A DNA stretch of 64,000 nt from Caulobacteraceae bacterium (GCA_025352085.1 JANXUA010000129.1:1507-65506); one strand, 5' to 3'; positions 1 to 10,029 are shown, numbered from the stretch's first letter. The notes: generated from the sequence alone by a model not told the origin. Program-made: numbers and translations.

Positions 1-459
1 GGCGTAGATGAATTGAACGCGGTGGTCGGTCTGGCCCGGCAACACACGGCGCGGGACGCGCGCCTCGATCCCATCCTCGCGCGCGTCCAGAACGAACTGT
101 TCGACCTGGGCGCCGATCTGGCGACGCCGGAACGGGGTCAGGCGGCCCTGCGCATGGTTCCGGCCCAGGTGACGCGGCTGGAGAGCGAAATTGATGACCT
201 GAATGCGTCGCTCTCGCCCCTGACGTCGTTTGTCCTGCCGGGCGGATCGCCGGCCTCGGCCGCCCTGCACCTGGCGCGCACGGTCTGTCGCCGGGCCGAG
301 CGCGCGACGGTGGCGTTCGCGCCGGCTCACCCGCCCGGCGCGCACCAGGAGGCCCTGCGCTACCTCAATCGCCTGTCGGATCTGTTGTTTGTCGCCGCTC
401 GTTTCGCCAACAACAAGGGTGCGGGCGATATCTTGTGGAAGCCCGGCGCCACGCGCTAG
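1..459 (+). CDS. pduO: Cob(I)yrinic acid a,c-diamide adenosyltransferase (PduO type), 5'-truncated by the window edge
   Basis: Frame open from base 1 (GVDELNA); motifs QNELFDLGADLATP, FVLPGG..SAALHLARTVCRRAER, YLNRLSDLLF. Confidence 0.9.
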   Translation, partial: GVDELNAVVGLARQHTARDARLDPILARVQNELFDLGADLATPERGQAALRMVPAQVTRLESEIDDLNASLSPLTSFVLPGGSPASAALHLARTVCRRAERATVAFAPAHPPGAHQEALRYLNRLSDLLFVAARFANNKGAGDILWKPGATR

Positions 460-488
460 GTCGCCCCGCTTTAGATCGCCACCCCTCT

Positions 489-575
489 CCGTCTCCCGCC
501 CGAAGGCGGGGGTCCAGAACTCTTGTACGGCGGCGCCTGAGAAAGACTGGGTCCCCGCCTTCGCGGGGAAAACGG
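489..575. repeat. REP-like palindromic doublet (family B)
   Basis: CCGTCTCCCGCCCGAAGGCGGGGGTCCAG ... CTGGGTCCCCGCCTTCGCGGGGAAAACGG: inverted pair of GC hairpins between convergent genes. Confidence 0.75.
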
Positions 576-586
576 TTTGAATGGTC

Positions 587-820
587 CTAAGGCTTGGCGC
601 CTGGCGCGTTAGGCGGCGGCTTGGGCAGTTCACGCCCGGTGATCCGCCAGATCGGCATGGGCGAAAGGCATTGGTGATCCTTCGGATCCCACCATAGCTG
701 CTTGGCGTCGCAGTTCTTCGCCGGCCACACGAACCACCATTCGTAGCCGACGGTGGCGATGCTCGCGACGGCAAACAGCGCCAGCAGGACATACTTCATC
801 TTGGAGATCGTGGATTCCAT
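587..820 (-). CDS. Small hypothetical membrane-anchored protein (start could be 799)
   Basis: 77 aa; N-terminal hydrophobic helix, then C-x6-WWDP-x4-C and a Pro-rich tail. Confidence 0.6.
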   Translation of the reverse strand: MESTISKMKYVLLALFAVASIATVGYEWWFVWPAKNCDAKQLWWDPKDHQCLSPMPIWRITGRELPKPPPNAPGAKP

Positions 821-944
821 GGCGGGCCTTCTATAGGCCGCGCCCTACCCAAACCAGCCCCAACGCGAGGCTTGCAAAGCGCGGACAAGGCGTTATTCGA
901 AACGCCGCGCCGGCTTGGCGCGAAAAATGAACCGTGAGAGATCC

Positions 945-1694
945 ATGAAAGTCCTGGTGCCGGTCAAACGGGTGATCGACTACAACGTCAAGGCGCGGGT
1001 CAAATCCGACCAGTCGGGCGTCGACCTCGCCAATGTGAAAATGTCGATGAATCCATTCTGCGAGATCGCCGTCGAAGAAGCGATCCGCCTGAAGGAAAAA
1101 GGCGCGGTCGAGGAAATCATCGCCGTCTCCATCGGCCCGATCCAGGCGCAGGAAACCATCCGCACCGCTCTGGCCATGGGTGCCGATCGCGGCATTCTGA
1201 TCCAGACCGACGCCGACCCCGAACCCCTGCAGGTGGCCAAACTGCTCAAAGCGGTGGCGCTGGCCGAGGGTCCGAGCCTCATTCTGATGGGCAAGCAGGC
1301 CATCGACGGCGACAATAGCGCCGTCGGCCAGATGCTGTCGGCCCTGCTCGACTGGCCGCAGGCGACCTTCGCCTCGAAGATCGAACTGACCGCGTCCAAT
1401 GTGCGAGTGACCCGCGAGGTCGACGGCGGATTGCAGACCCTCGAACTGGACTTGCCGGCGGTGGTGACCGCCGATTTGCGCCTCAACGAGCCGCGCTACG
1501 CCTCATTGCCCAACATCATGAAGGCCAAGAAGAAAGAGATCGCCATCAAGACCGTCGACGATTACGGCGGCCTCAGCGCCCCGCATCTGGCCATCGTCAA
1601 GGTGACCGAACCGGCCAAGCGCGTCGCCGGCGTCAAGGTGGAAAACGCCGCCGAACTGGTAACCAAACTCAAGATCGAAGCGGGGGTGCTCTAA
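945..1694 (+). CDS. etfB: Electron transfer flavoprotein beta subunit
   Basis: [36 protein letters not shown]. Confidence 0.97.
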   Translation: MKVLVPVKRVIDYNVKARVKSDQSGVDLANVKMSMNPFCEIAVEEAIRLKEKGAVEEIIAVSIGPIQAQETIRTALAMGADRGILIQTDADPEPLQVAKLLKAVALAEGPSLILMGKQAIDGDNSAVGQMLSALLDWPQATFASKIELTASNVRVTREVDGGLQTLELDLPAVVTADLRLNEPRYASLPNIMKAKKKEIAIKTVDDYGGLSAPHLAIVKVTEPAKRVAGVKVENAAELVTKLKIEAGVL

Positions 1695-2638
1695 TGGCCG
1701 TGCTCGTCGTCGCCGACCACGACAATGCGTCGTTGAAAGACAACACCCACAAGACCGTCACCGCCGCCCTGGCGCTGTCGGGCGTTGTGGATGTGCTGGT
1801 GGCCGGCCAGGGTGTCGCCGCCGTCGCCGCCCACGCCGCCAAGATCACCGGCGTGCGCAAGGTGCTCACCGCCGAGAGCGACGCGCTCGGCAAACAGGTC
1901 GCCGAAGCGGTGGCCGCCTGCGTCCTGCCGCTGATGGCCGATTATGACGCCGTCCTGGTGCCGGCGACCTCGGTCGGCAAAAACTTCACCCCCCGGGTCG
2001 CGGCGCTGCTGGACGTGGCGGCGATTTCGGAAATCGTCGAGGTGGTCGACGTCAATACCTTCGTGCGGGCGATCTACGCCGGCAACGCGCTGGAAACGAT
2101 CAAATCAAGCGATACGAAAAAGGTCATCACCGTGCGCGCCACCGCCTTCAAGGCGGCGGACGAAGGCGGATCGGCGCCGATCTCGGCGGTCGACGCCGGC
2201 CCCGGCGCGGCGAAATCGCGGTTCGTGTCCGACGAGATCGTCAAATCCGACCGCCCCGAACTCGCCGGCGCCAAGATCGTCGTCTCCGGCGGCCGGGCGA
2301 TGGGATCGGCCGAGGAATTCCACCGGGTGATCGAGCCTCTGGCCGACAAACTGGGCGCCGCCGTGGGCGCCTCGCGCGCCGCCGTCGACGCCGGTTATGC
2401 GCCCAACGACTATCAGGTCGGCCAGACCGGCAAGGTCGTCGCGCCGCAGCTGTACATCGCCATCGGCATTTCCGGGGCCATCCAGCATCTGGCCGGCATG
2501 AAGGATTCCAAGGTCATCGTCGCCATCAACAAGGACGCCGACGCTCCCATCTTCCAGGTCGCCGACTACGGCCTGGTCAGCGACTACAAGACCGCCGTGC
2601 CCGAACTGATGGCCGCCCTGACCGCCGCCGGGGTGTAA
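1694..2638 (+). CDS. etfA: Electron transfer flavoprotein alpha subunit
   Basis: [35 protein letters not shown]; TAATG-coupled to etfB. Confidence 0.97.
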   Translation: MAVLVVADHDNASLKDNTHKTVTAALALSGVVDVLVAGQGVAAVAAHAAKITGVRKVLTAESDALGKQVAEAVAACVLPLMADYDAVLVPATSVGKNFTPRVAALLDVAAISEIVEVVDVNTFVRAIYAGNALETIKSSDTKKVITVRATAFKAADEGGSAPISAVDAGPGAAKSRFVSDEIVKSDRPELAGAKIVVSGGRAMGSAEEFHRVIEPLADKLGAAVGASRAAVDAGYAPNDYQVGQTGKVVAPQLYIAIGISGAIQHLAGMKDSKVIVAINKDADAPIFQVADYGLVSDYKTAVPELMAALTAAGV

Positions 2639-2647
2639 TTTATTTGT

Positions 2648-2801
2648 CTCCCTCCCGTTTGCATGGGGAGGGACGAGACGTTGCGAAGCGGCGTCCGGGG
2701 TGGGGAAATCTGGACCACCCCAAACGCCCGTGACCTTCATGCGCGTTCCCCACCCGTCTTGGCGCTGCGCGCCAATCCACCCTCCCCATAAAGGGGAGGG
2801 A
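2648..2801. repeat. ~150-bp multi-hairpin palindromic element (family A, copy 1)
   Basis: CTCCCTCCC..GGGGAGGG / GGGGTGGGGA..TTCCCCACCC / CCCTCCCCATAAAGGGGAGGGA; matches copies at 50221 and 57094. Confidence 0.85.
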
Positions 2802-2826
2802 GAATATCACCCTTCGTCAAATTTCG

Positions 2827-2841
2827 TATTGCATTGCAGCA
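2827..2841 (+). promoter_or_regulatory. Possible PhaR-type (TGC-rich) operator upstream of hbd
   Basis: TATTGCATTGCAGCA resembles the TGCTGCA-N-TGCAGCA palindrome, ~100 bp before a hydroxybutyryl-CoA gene. Confidence 0.35.
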
Positions 2842-2937
2842 AATCCTTGGCGCCCCCCCGTGTGCTTGTGTAAGAAACCTGTCACAACACGGGTCGAAAG
2901 ATCGAAGCGCCCCAAATAGGCGCACAAGGCGGACGTC

Positions 2938-3816
2938 ATGGCGGATATCAAAACGGTCGGCGTAATCGGCGCGGGCCAAATGGGCGGCGGCATCGCGCAC
3001 GTGTGCGCCCTGGCCGGATACGATGTGCTTCTGAACGATCTGGATCCGGCCCGCATCGAGGCGTGCGTGACCCTGATCGATCACAACATGGCCCGTCAGG
3101 TCGGGCGCGGCGTCATCACCCAGGACGAAATGACCGCGGGCCTGGCCCGCATCAAGGCCGCGACCACCCTTGAAGCCGTGGGCGGCGCCGACCTCGCCAT
3201 CGAGGCGGCCACTGAAAACGAGGAGATCAAGAAGCAGATCTTCCGCAACCTCGCGCCGCACCTGGCCGACCACACCCTCCTGGCCTCCAACACCTCGTCG
3301 ATTTCGATCACCCGCCTGGCCTCGACCACCGATCGGCCGGAGCGGTTTATCGGCCTGCACTTCATGAACCCCGTGCCGCTGATGAAGCTGGTGGAGATCA
3401 TCCGCGGCATCGCCACCGACGCTCACACCTATGACGTGGCGGTCAATTTCGCCAAGTCGCTCGGCAAGACGACGGCCAACGCCGAGGATTTCCCCGCCTT
3501 CATCGTCAATCGCGTCCTCGTGCCGATGATCAATGAGGCGATCTACACCTTGTATGAAGGCGTCGGCACGGTCGATTCCATCGACACGGCGATGAAACTG
3601 GGCGCCAACCACCCCATGGGGCCGCTGGAGCTGGGCGATTTCATCGGGCTGGACACGGTTCTCTCCATCATGAATGTTCTGCACGAGGGACTGGCCGACT
3701 CCAAATATCGCCCCTGCCCCCTGCTGGTGAAATATGTCGAGGCTGGCTGGCTGGGTCGCAAGGCGGGGCGCGGCTTCTACGACTACCGTGGCGAACACCC
3801 GGTTCCGACCCGGTAG
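2938..3816 (+). CDS. hbd: 3-hydroxybutyryl-CoA dehydrogenase
   Basis: GVIGAGQMGGGIA Rossmann motif, SNTSS, HFMNPVP, FIVNR, GANHPMGPL. Confidence 0.95.
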   Translation: MADIKTVGVIGAGQMGGGIAHVCALAGYDVLLNDLDPARIEACVTLIDHNMARQVGRGVITQDEMTAGLARIKAATTLEAVGGADLAIEAATENEEIKKQIFRNLAPHLADHTLLASNTSSISITRLASTTDRPERFIGLHFMNPVPLMKLVEIIRGIATDAHTYDVAVNFAKSLGKTTANAEDFPAFIVNRVLVPMINEAIYTLYEGVGTVDSIDTAMKLGANHPMGPLELGDFIGLDTVLSIMNVLHEGLADSKYRPCPLLVKYVEAGWLGRKAGRGFYDYRGEHPVPTR

Positions 3817-3844
3817 GCCGTCCGCGCGCCTGCGCACGCCCGCC

Positions 3845-4720
3845 ATGACCGCTGAAATCCTTAACGGCCTCGCCGACGCCGCCGATCGCTACGACGTCCT
3901 GCTGTGCGACGTCTGGGGCGTGATCCACAATGGGCGGGAGTCGTTTCCCGACGCCTGCGCGGCCCTGGCGCGCTGGCGGCGCGAGCGCGGACCGGTGGTG
4001 CTGATCTCCAATTCGCCACGTCCGGCCGCCGACGTGGTCCATCAGCTGGACTCTCTGGGCGTGCCGCGCGAGTCGTGGACCGCCTTCGTCACTTCGGGCG
4101 ACGCCACCCGGGTCCTGCTGGCCGCCCGCGCGCCGGGGCCGGCGTGGCGGATCGGGCCGGAGCGGGACGCACCCCTGTATGACGGTCTTGGCCTCGAATT
4201 TTCCGACCTGGAAACGGCGGCGTTCATCGCTTGCACCGGCCCCAACGACGACGAGGTCGAGACGCCCGAGGACTACCGCGCGGCTCTCACCCTGGCGGCG
4301 GCGCGGGGGCTGGACATGATCTGCGCCAACCCCGATCTGGTCGTCCAGCGCGGCGACAGGCTGATCTATTGCGGCGGCGCCCTGGCGGCCTTTTACGAGA
4401 CCCTCGGCGGCAAGGCGATCATGGCGGGCAAGCCTCACGCGCCGATCTATGACCTTGCCCTCGACGCGGCGCGGCGCGCGCTCTCCGACCCCATGGACCG
4501 GAAACGCGTCCTGGCCATCGGCGACGCCATGGCCACCGACATCACCGGCGCGCGCGGTCAAGGCCTCGACGTCCTGTTCATCGCCGACGGCATCCATCGC
4601 GCGGAGGTTCTCGATCGCGACGGTGGCCTGAATGATGCGGCCCTGAGCACTCTGTTGGGCGAGGACGGTCTCGCCATGACCGCCCTCGTTTGGCAGCCCC
4701 TTTCGCCAAACCGGAATTAG
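3845..4720 (+). CDS. HAD-superfamily hydrolase, subfamily IIA (TIGR01459-like)
   Basis: LLCDVWGVIHNG, ISNSPR, CANPD, GKPH, AIGDAMATDI. Confidence 0.9.
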   Translation: MTAEILNGLADAADRYDVLLCDVWGVIHNGRESFPDACAALARWRRERGPVVLISNSPRPAADVVHQLDSLGVPRESWTAFVTSGDATRVLLAARAPGPAWRIGPERDAPLYDGLGLEFSDLETAAFIACTGPNDDEVETPEDYRAALTLAAARGLDMICANPDLVVQRGDRLIYCGGALAAFYETLGGKAIMAGKPHAPIYDLALDAARRALSDPMDRKRVLAIGDAMATDITGARGQGLDVLFIADGIHRAEVLDRDGGLNDAALSTLLGEDGLAMTALVWQPLSPNRN

Positions 4721-4736
4721 CCGCTAGAACGGCGCC

Positions 4737-5666
4737 ATGAAAATTCTTCACGGCTGGAAAAACCTCGCCGACGCGGACAAGGGCGCGTCGGTGGCGCTGG
4801 GCAATTTCGACGGCGTGCATCTGGGCCATCAAAGGGTCATCGCCGACGCCGCCGAGGCAGCCGCGAAGCTGGGCGCGCCGATGGGCGTGATCAGCTTCGA
4901 GCCGCACGCCCGTATGCACTTCCAGCCGGACGCGCCGCCGTTTCGCCTGTCCAACGCCCACCAGCTCGCCCGCACCGTCGAGCGGCTCGGCGCCGACTTG
5001 CTGTATCTCTTGCCGTTCGGCGTGGAGATGGCCAACTTCAGCGACCATGATTTCGTCAGCGACGTTCTGGTCGCGGGCCTCGGCGTGCGCCACGTCGCCG
5101 TGGGTTTCGACATCACCTTCGGCAGAGGCCGCTCGGGCGATCCCAAGGGCATGCGCCAATACGGCGAGGAATTCGGCTTCGGCGTCTCCGTCGCCCAGTC
5201 GGTGGAGAACCTTGACGGCAAGATTTCGTCCTCCGCCGCCCGCGAAGCCCTGCGCCTCGGACATCCGGAAACCGCGACGGCCATCCTCGGGCGCCCCTTC
5301 GCCATCGAAGGGGTGGTGCAGAAGGGCCGGCAGCTGGGCCGCACCCTCGGCTTTCCCACCGCCAATGTGTATTTGGGCGACTATGTCGCGCCCATATTCG
5401 GCGTCTACGCCACCCGCACGCGCCTGAAAGACGGCCGCGAAATGCCCGGCGTCGCCAACATCGGCGTCAACCCCACCACCGGCGTCGTCGAGCCCAGGCT
5501 GGAAGTGTGGCTGTTCAACTTCGACGAAGATATCTACGGCGAAACCATCGAGACCGACCTCATCGCCTTCCTGCGCCCGGAAGAGAAATTCCCCAGCATC
5601 GAGATCATGGTCGACCAGATCCGCATCGACGCGCGCCGGGCGCGGGACATTTTCGGGCTTTGGTGA
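4737..5666 (+). CDS. ribF: Bifunctional riboflavin kinase / FAD synthetase
   Basis: GNFDGVHLGH, GFDITFG, GRTLGFPTAN, LEVWLFNF..DIYG. Confidence 0.97.
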   Translation: MKILHGWKNLADADKGASVALGNFDGVHLGHQRVIADAAEAAAKLGAPMGVISFEPHARMHFQPDAPPFRLSNAHQLARTVERLGADLLYLLPFGVEMANFSDHDFVSDVLVAGLGVRHVAVGFDITFGRGRSGDPKGMRQYGEEFGFGVSVAQSVENLDGKISSSAAREALRLGHPETATAILGRPFAIEGVVQKGRQLGRTLGFPTANVYLGDYVAPIFGVYATRTRLKDGREMPGVANIGVNPTTGVVEPRLEVWLFNFDEDIYGETIETDLIAFLRPEEKFPSIEIMVDQIRIDARRARDIFGLW

Positions 5667-5688
5667 GTACTTCCCGCCCCTCCAATCA

Positions 5689-5718
5689 CCGTTTTCCCCG
5701 CCTTTGCGGGGAAAACGG
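5689..5718. repeat. REP-like hairpin (family B), possibly acting as terminator
   Basis: CCGTTTTCCCCGC-CTTT-GCGGGGAAAACGG perfect 13-bp stem; same arm as 547-575. Confidence 0.75.
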
Positions 5719-5937
5719 ATTGGGGCGTTTGACGGGAATCGCGTGGGACGTGAGAATCCGTTTTTCCTTTCCAGCCCACTCTGGCGGCGCCCGCCGGCCT
5801 CTGCTACATCCGCGCCATGTCGGACATATTGAGCGATCGGCGAATTAAGCGCCCGGCGTGACGTGGCCGGACCCCTGGCGGTCCAGCGCGCGCCGGGAAC
5901 GACCCCCCAGCTTGCCGTGATCCCACTGGAACCCTCG

Positions 5938-8877
5938 ATGTCCGATACCCAAGAAACCATGACGCGCGACTATCGCGAAACCATCTTTCTCCCCAAAACC
6001 GACTTCCCGATGCGCGGCGGCCTGCCGCAGCTTGAGCCGAAGATTCTGGAGGCGTGGGGCGATCTTTACGCCCAGGCCCGCGCGGCGCGGCAAGCGTCAG
6101 GCGCGCCATTGTATGTGCTGCACGACGGCCCACCCTACGCCAACGGCGCCATCCATATCGGCCACGCGCTCGACAAGCTCCTCAAGGATTTCGTGGTCCG
6201 TTCGCGCTTCGCGCTCGGTTTCGACGTCGACTATGTACCCGGCTGGGACTGTCACGGCCTGCCGATCGAATGGAAGATCGAGGAAGGCTTCCGCCAGCAG
6301 GGGCGGCGCAAGGACGAGGTCTCCAAGGCCGAGTTTCGCGCCCGCTGCCGCGTCTACGCCGCCGGTTGGATCACCGAACAATCCAAGGAATTCCAGCGCC
6401 TGGGCGTCGTCGGCGACTTCGCCAATCGCTACGCCACCATGGATTTCGCCTCAGAGGCGGCCATCGTCGCGGAGTTCCACAAATTCGTCGCCTCCGGCCA
6501 GGTCTATCGCGGCTCCAAGCCGGTGATGTGGAGCCCGGTCGAACGCACCGCCCTGGCCGACGCTGAAGTCGAATATCACGACCACACCTCGCCGACGGTG
6601 TGGGTAAAGTTCCCTGTCACGCGCGCTGGAGGTCGAGATACTGCGAATCTCGTTGCGCGGGCTGAGTTGCTGAAAAACGCGTCGGTGGTGATCTGGACCA
6701 CCACGCCGTGGACCATTCCCGCCAACCGCGCGATCTCGTTCAATCCCAAGATCGACTATGCGGTTTATGAAGTGCAGGCGCTCGAAACCGATTTGCCGTT
6801 CGCCCCCTGGGCCAAGCCGGGGGACCAATTTGTTCTTGCCGAGGCTCTCGCGGAACAGGTGTTCGCCGCCGCCAAGGTGGCCAAATGGGTCAAGCTCAAT
6901 CCGGTCGACATGCGGGGCGTGGTGGCCGCGCACCCTCTCGCCCGCCTCGACAAGGACTACGGCTTCAACGTCCCGCTCCTCGCCGGCGATCACGTCACCG
7001 ACGACGCCGGGACCGGCTTCGTGCACACCGCGCCCGGTCACGGCGCCGACGACTATGCGGTCTGGCTCGCCAACGGCTATCGCGACATCCCCGAAACCGT
7101 CGACGAGGACGGCGCCTATTACCCGCACGTGCCCCTGTTCGGCGGCCTCAAAGTGCTCGAAATCGAGGGCAAGAAATCCGGCAAGTTCGGTCCCGCAAAC
7201 TCCGCTGTCATCGATAAGCTGATCGAGGCGGGCAATCTGCTGGCGCGCGGGCGGCTGGAGCACAGCTATCCGCACTCCTGGCGCTCCAAGGCGCCGGTGA
7301 TCTTCCGCAATACGCCGCAATGGTTCATCCGACTGGACGAGCCGATCGCCGGGCCGGTTCATGGTGGCAAGACCCTGCGCGAGACGGCGCTGGCGGCCAT
7401 CGACGCCACCGCCTTTTATCCCGAAGGCGGGCGCAATCGCATCCGTTCCATGGTCGAGACCCGTCCCGACTGGCTGATCAGCCGCCAGCGCGCCTGGGGA
7501 TCGCCCCTGGCCATGTTCGTGGACAGGACGACCGGCGCGCCGTTAGTCGATCCGGCCGTCAACGCCCGCATCGTCGATCTGATCGCCCGCGAAGGCGCCG
7601 ACGCCTGGTTTACGCGACCCGCGCAAGACTTCCTCGGCAATCTCGATCCGGAAAACTACGAGAAGATCGACGACATCCTCGACGTCTGGTTCGATTCCGG
7701 CTCGACCCACGCCTTCACGCTGGAAGGGCGCGCCAACAGCCGCTGGCCGGCCGACCTCTATCTGGAGGGTTCGGATCAGCATCGCGGCTGGTTCCAGTCG
7801 TCGCTGCTGGAGGCCTGCGGCACCCGCGGCCGCGCACCCTACAGCGCCATCATGACCCACGGCTTCACCCTCGATGAAAAGGGGGAGAAGATGTCCAAAT
7901 CGCTCGGCAACAGCGTCGAGCCGCAGGACATCACCCGCCAGAGCGGGGCCGAAATTCTGCGCCTGTGGGCGGCCCTGGTCGACTACGCAGAAGACCAGCG
8001 CATCGGCCCGACCATTTTGCAGACCACCATCGACGCCTATCGCAAGCTGCGCAACACGGTGCGCTATCTGCTCGGCGCCCTGGACGGGTTCGAAGCCGCC
8101 GAGCGGTTGGACGTGGGCGATATGCCGCCGCTGGAGCGCTATGTCCTGCATCGGTTGTGGGGTCTCGACCGGACCGTCCGCGACGCCTATGGCCGCTACG
8201 CATTTTCCGACGTGGTTCGGCCCCTGGCCGACTTCTGTTCCAACGACCTTTCGGCCCTGTTCTTCGACATCCGCCGCGACGCGCTTTATTGCGACCGCCC
8301 CGATTCGATCCGCCGCCGCGCCTGCCGCACGGTGATGGACGCGGTGTTCGAGCGCCTGACCATCTGGCTCGCGCCCCTGATCCCCTTCACCATGGAAGAA
8401 GCGTGGGGCGCGCGGTTCCCGGACGCCGGGTTCAACAGCGTTCGGGTGTTCCCGGACACCCCGGACGCCTGGCGCCATGACGCCGAAGAGGTCCGCTGGG
8501 CCAAGGTCGAGCGGGTGACCCGCGTTGTCACCGGCGCTCTGGAGGTCGAGCGGCGCGACAAGCGGCTGGGCGCCGCGCTGGAGGCCGCGCCGCGCGTACA
8601 CATCGCCGATCCCGCCCTCATCGCCGCCTTCGAGGGTCTGGACGCCGCCGAAGTTTTCCGCACCAGTCAGGCGACCCTTGTCGCCGGCGCCGGCCCGGCG
8701 GACGCTTTCCGTCTCGAGGGTGACGACACGGTCGCCGTCGAGGCGATCAAGGCCAGTGGTCGAAAATGCGCCCGGTCCTGGCGCATCCTGCCCGAGGTCG
8801 GGTCGGACTCGCGTTATCCGGAGCTGTCCCGGCGCGACGCCGACGCCGTCGCCTGGTGGGACGCGAACCGCCCATGA
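5938..8877 (+). CDS. ileS: Isoleucine-tRNA ligase
   Basis: HDGPPYANG, HIGH, GWDCHGLPIE, IWTTTPWT, DWLISRQR, KMSKS. Confidence 0.98.
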   Translation: MSDTQETMTRDYRETIFLPKTDFPMRGGLPQLEPKILEAWGDLYAQARAARQASGAPLYVLHDGPPYANGAIHIGHALDKLLKDFVVRSRFALGFDVDYVPGWDCHGLPIEWKIEEGFRQQGRRKDEVSKAEFRARCRVYAAGWITEQSKEFQRLGVVGDFANRYATMDFASEAAIVAEFHKFVASGQVYRGSKPVMWSPVERTALADAEVEYHDHTSPTVWVKFPVTRAGGRDTANLVARAELLKNASVVIWTTTPWTIPANRAISFNPKIDYAVYEVQALETDLPFAPWAKPGDQFVLAEALAEQVFAAAKVAKWVKLNPVDMRGVVAAHPLARLDKDYGFNVPLLAGDHVTDDAGTGFVHTAPGHGADDYAVWLANGYRDIPETVDEDGAYYPHVPLFGGLKVLEIEGKKSGKFGPANSAVIDKLIEAGNLLARGRLEHSYPHSWRSKAPVIFRNTPQWFIRLDEPIAGPVHGGKTLRETALAAIDATAFYPEGGRNRIRSMVETRPDWLISRQRAWGSPLAMFVDRTTGAPLVDPAVNARIVDLIAREGADAWFTRPAQDFLGNLDPENYEKIDDILDVWFDSGSTHAFTLEGRANSRWPADLYLEGSDQHRGWFQSSLLEACGTRGRAPYSAIMTHGFTLDEKGEKMSKSLGNSVEPQDITRQSGAEILRLWAALVDYAEDQRIGPTILQTTIDAYRKLRNTVRYLLGALDGFEAAERLDVGDMPPLERYVLHRLWGLDRTVRDAYGRYAFSDVVRPLADFCSNDLSALFFDIRRDALYCDRPDSIRRRACRTVMDAVFERLTIWLAPLIPFTMEEAWGARFPDAGFNSVRVFPDTPDAWRHDAEEVRWAKVERVTRVVTGALEVERRDKRLGAALEAAPRVHIADPALIAAFEGLDAAEVFRTSQATLVAGAGPADAFRLEGDDTVAVEAIKASGRKCARSWRILPEVGSDSRYPELSRRDADAVAWWDANRP

Positions 8878-9371
8878 CCGCATTTCCCCGCCGCGCCTGG
8901 GCCGCCTACGCCCTGGCGATCCTCGTTATTGTCCTTGATCAAGCGAGCAAGCATTGGCTGCTCGCCGACCTGCGCCTGACTCCGGGCGCGTCCTGGCCGG
9001 TGTGGGGTCCGCTACGCTTCACCCTCGTGGCCAACAACGGTATCAGCTTCGGCTTCTTCCAGAGCCAGGCGCCGTGGACGCGCTGGGCCCTGGCCGCCTT
9101 CTCGCTGGCGGTGACCATCGGCCTGGGGATCTGGGCCAAGCGGTCGGAAAAGGCCTTCACCGCCCTGACGCTCGGTCTGATCATGGGCGGCGCCGTCGGA
9201 AATTTGATCGATAGGATCACTCGCGGCGCGGTCGTCGATTTCGTCGATGTGCAGGCGCTGCATTTTCCGTGGATCTTCAATCTGGCCGACAGCGCCATCT
9301 CGGTTGGGATCACGCTGCTGCTCATCGAAAGCCTGTTCACACCCAGCCCGGCGCAAGGTCACAAAGCGTGA
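8874..9371 (+). CDS. lspA: Lipoprotein signal peptidase II
   Basis: DQASK, N.GISFG, GGAVGNLIDR, VVDF, FNLADSAI; ATGA overlap with ileS. Confidence 0.95.
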   Translation: MTAFPRRAWAAYALAILVIVLDQASKHWLLADLRLTPGASWPVWGPLRFTLVANNGISFGFFQSQAPWTRWALAAFSLAVTIGLGIWAKRSEKAFTALTLGLIMGGAVGNLIDRITRGAVVDFVDVQALHFPWIFNLADSAISVGITLLLIESLFTPSPAQGHKA

Positions 9372-9438
9372 GTTGGCCCGGCGCCTCGAATGGAGTAATC
9401 AAGCTCCAAGTGGCCTCGCCTTAAGGATGCATATCTCG

Positions 9439-10002
9439 ATGAAATTGAACCGTGTTGTTGCGGCGGTCGCGCTTTGCGCCGGCGCCGGTCTGGCCGGTTG
9501 CCAATCGGCGTCCCACGCCCTGGGCCTGGGCAAGGTGTCGCCCGACGAGTTCCGGGTGGTCACCAAGGCGCCCTTGACCCTGCCGCCCGACTACGCTCTT
9601 CGCCCGCCCGCCCCCGGCGAGCCCCGTCCGACGGAACTGCAGCCCGAAAGCGCCGCGCGTCAGGCCCTGCTGGGCCAACGCAACGCCGAAGTGCGCGACG
9701 AGGGCGAGAAAATGCTGGCCTCCAAGGCCGGCGCCGATCACGCCGACCCCTTGATCCGCTATGTGGTCGACGACGAATTCGGCTCCCTGGCGCACAAGGA
9801 CAAGGGCTTCGCCGACTGGGTGATGTTCTGGCGCAAGGACAAGCCCGCCGCCGACCCCGGCATAAAGCCCGATCCCGCGGCCTCCACCCCCGCGCCGGTC
9901 GATGCGGCGGTCGAAGCGACCCGGATCCAGAGCCTGACCGGCAATCAGCCGGTGTTGATTTCCCGCAAGGCCGATTCCAAGCTGAAGCTGCCCGGGCTGT
10001 AG
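9439..10002 (+). CDS. Lipoprotein, DUF3035-like
   Basis: Lipobox LAGC; PDEFRVVTKAPLTLPPDYALRPP.PG. Confidence 0.75.
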   Translation: MKLNRVVAAVALCAGAGLAGCQSASHALGLGKVSPDEFRVVTKAPLTLPPDYALRPPAPGEPRPTELQPESAARQALLGQRNAEVRDEGEKMLASKAGADHADPLIRYVVDDEFGSLAHKDKGFADWVMFWRKDKPAADPGIKPDPAASTPAPVDAAVEATRIQSLTGNQPVLISRKADSKLKLPGL

Positions 10003-10029
10003 GGCCGCGGCCCACCGATCGGCCTGGCC

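Noticed and set aside
5770-5937. T-box or attenuator before ileS
   Set aside because: No T-box motif or Ile-rich leader peptide is visible.
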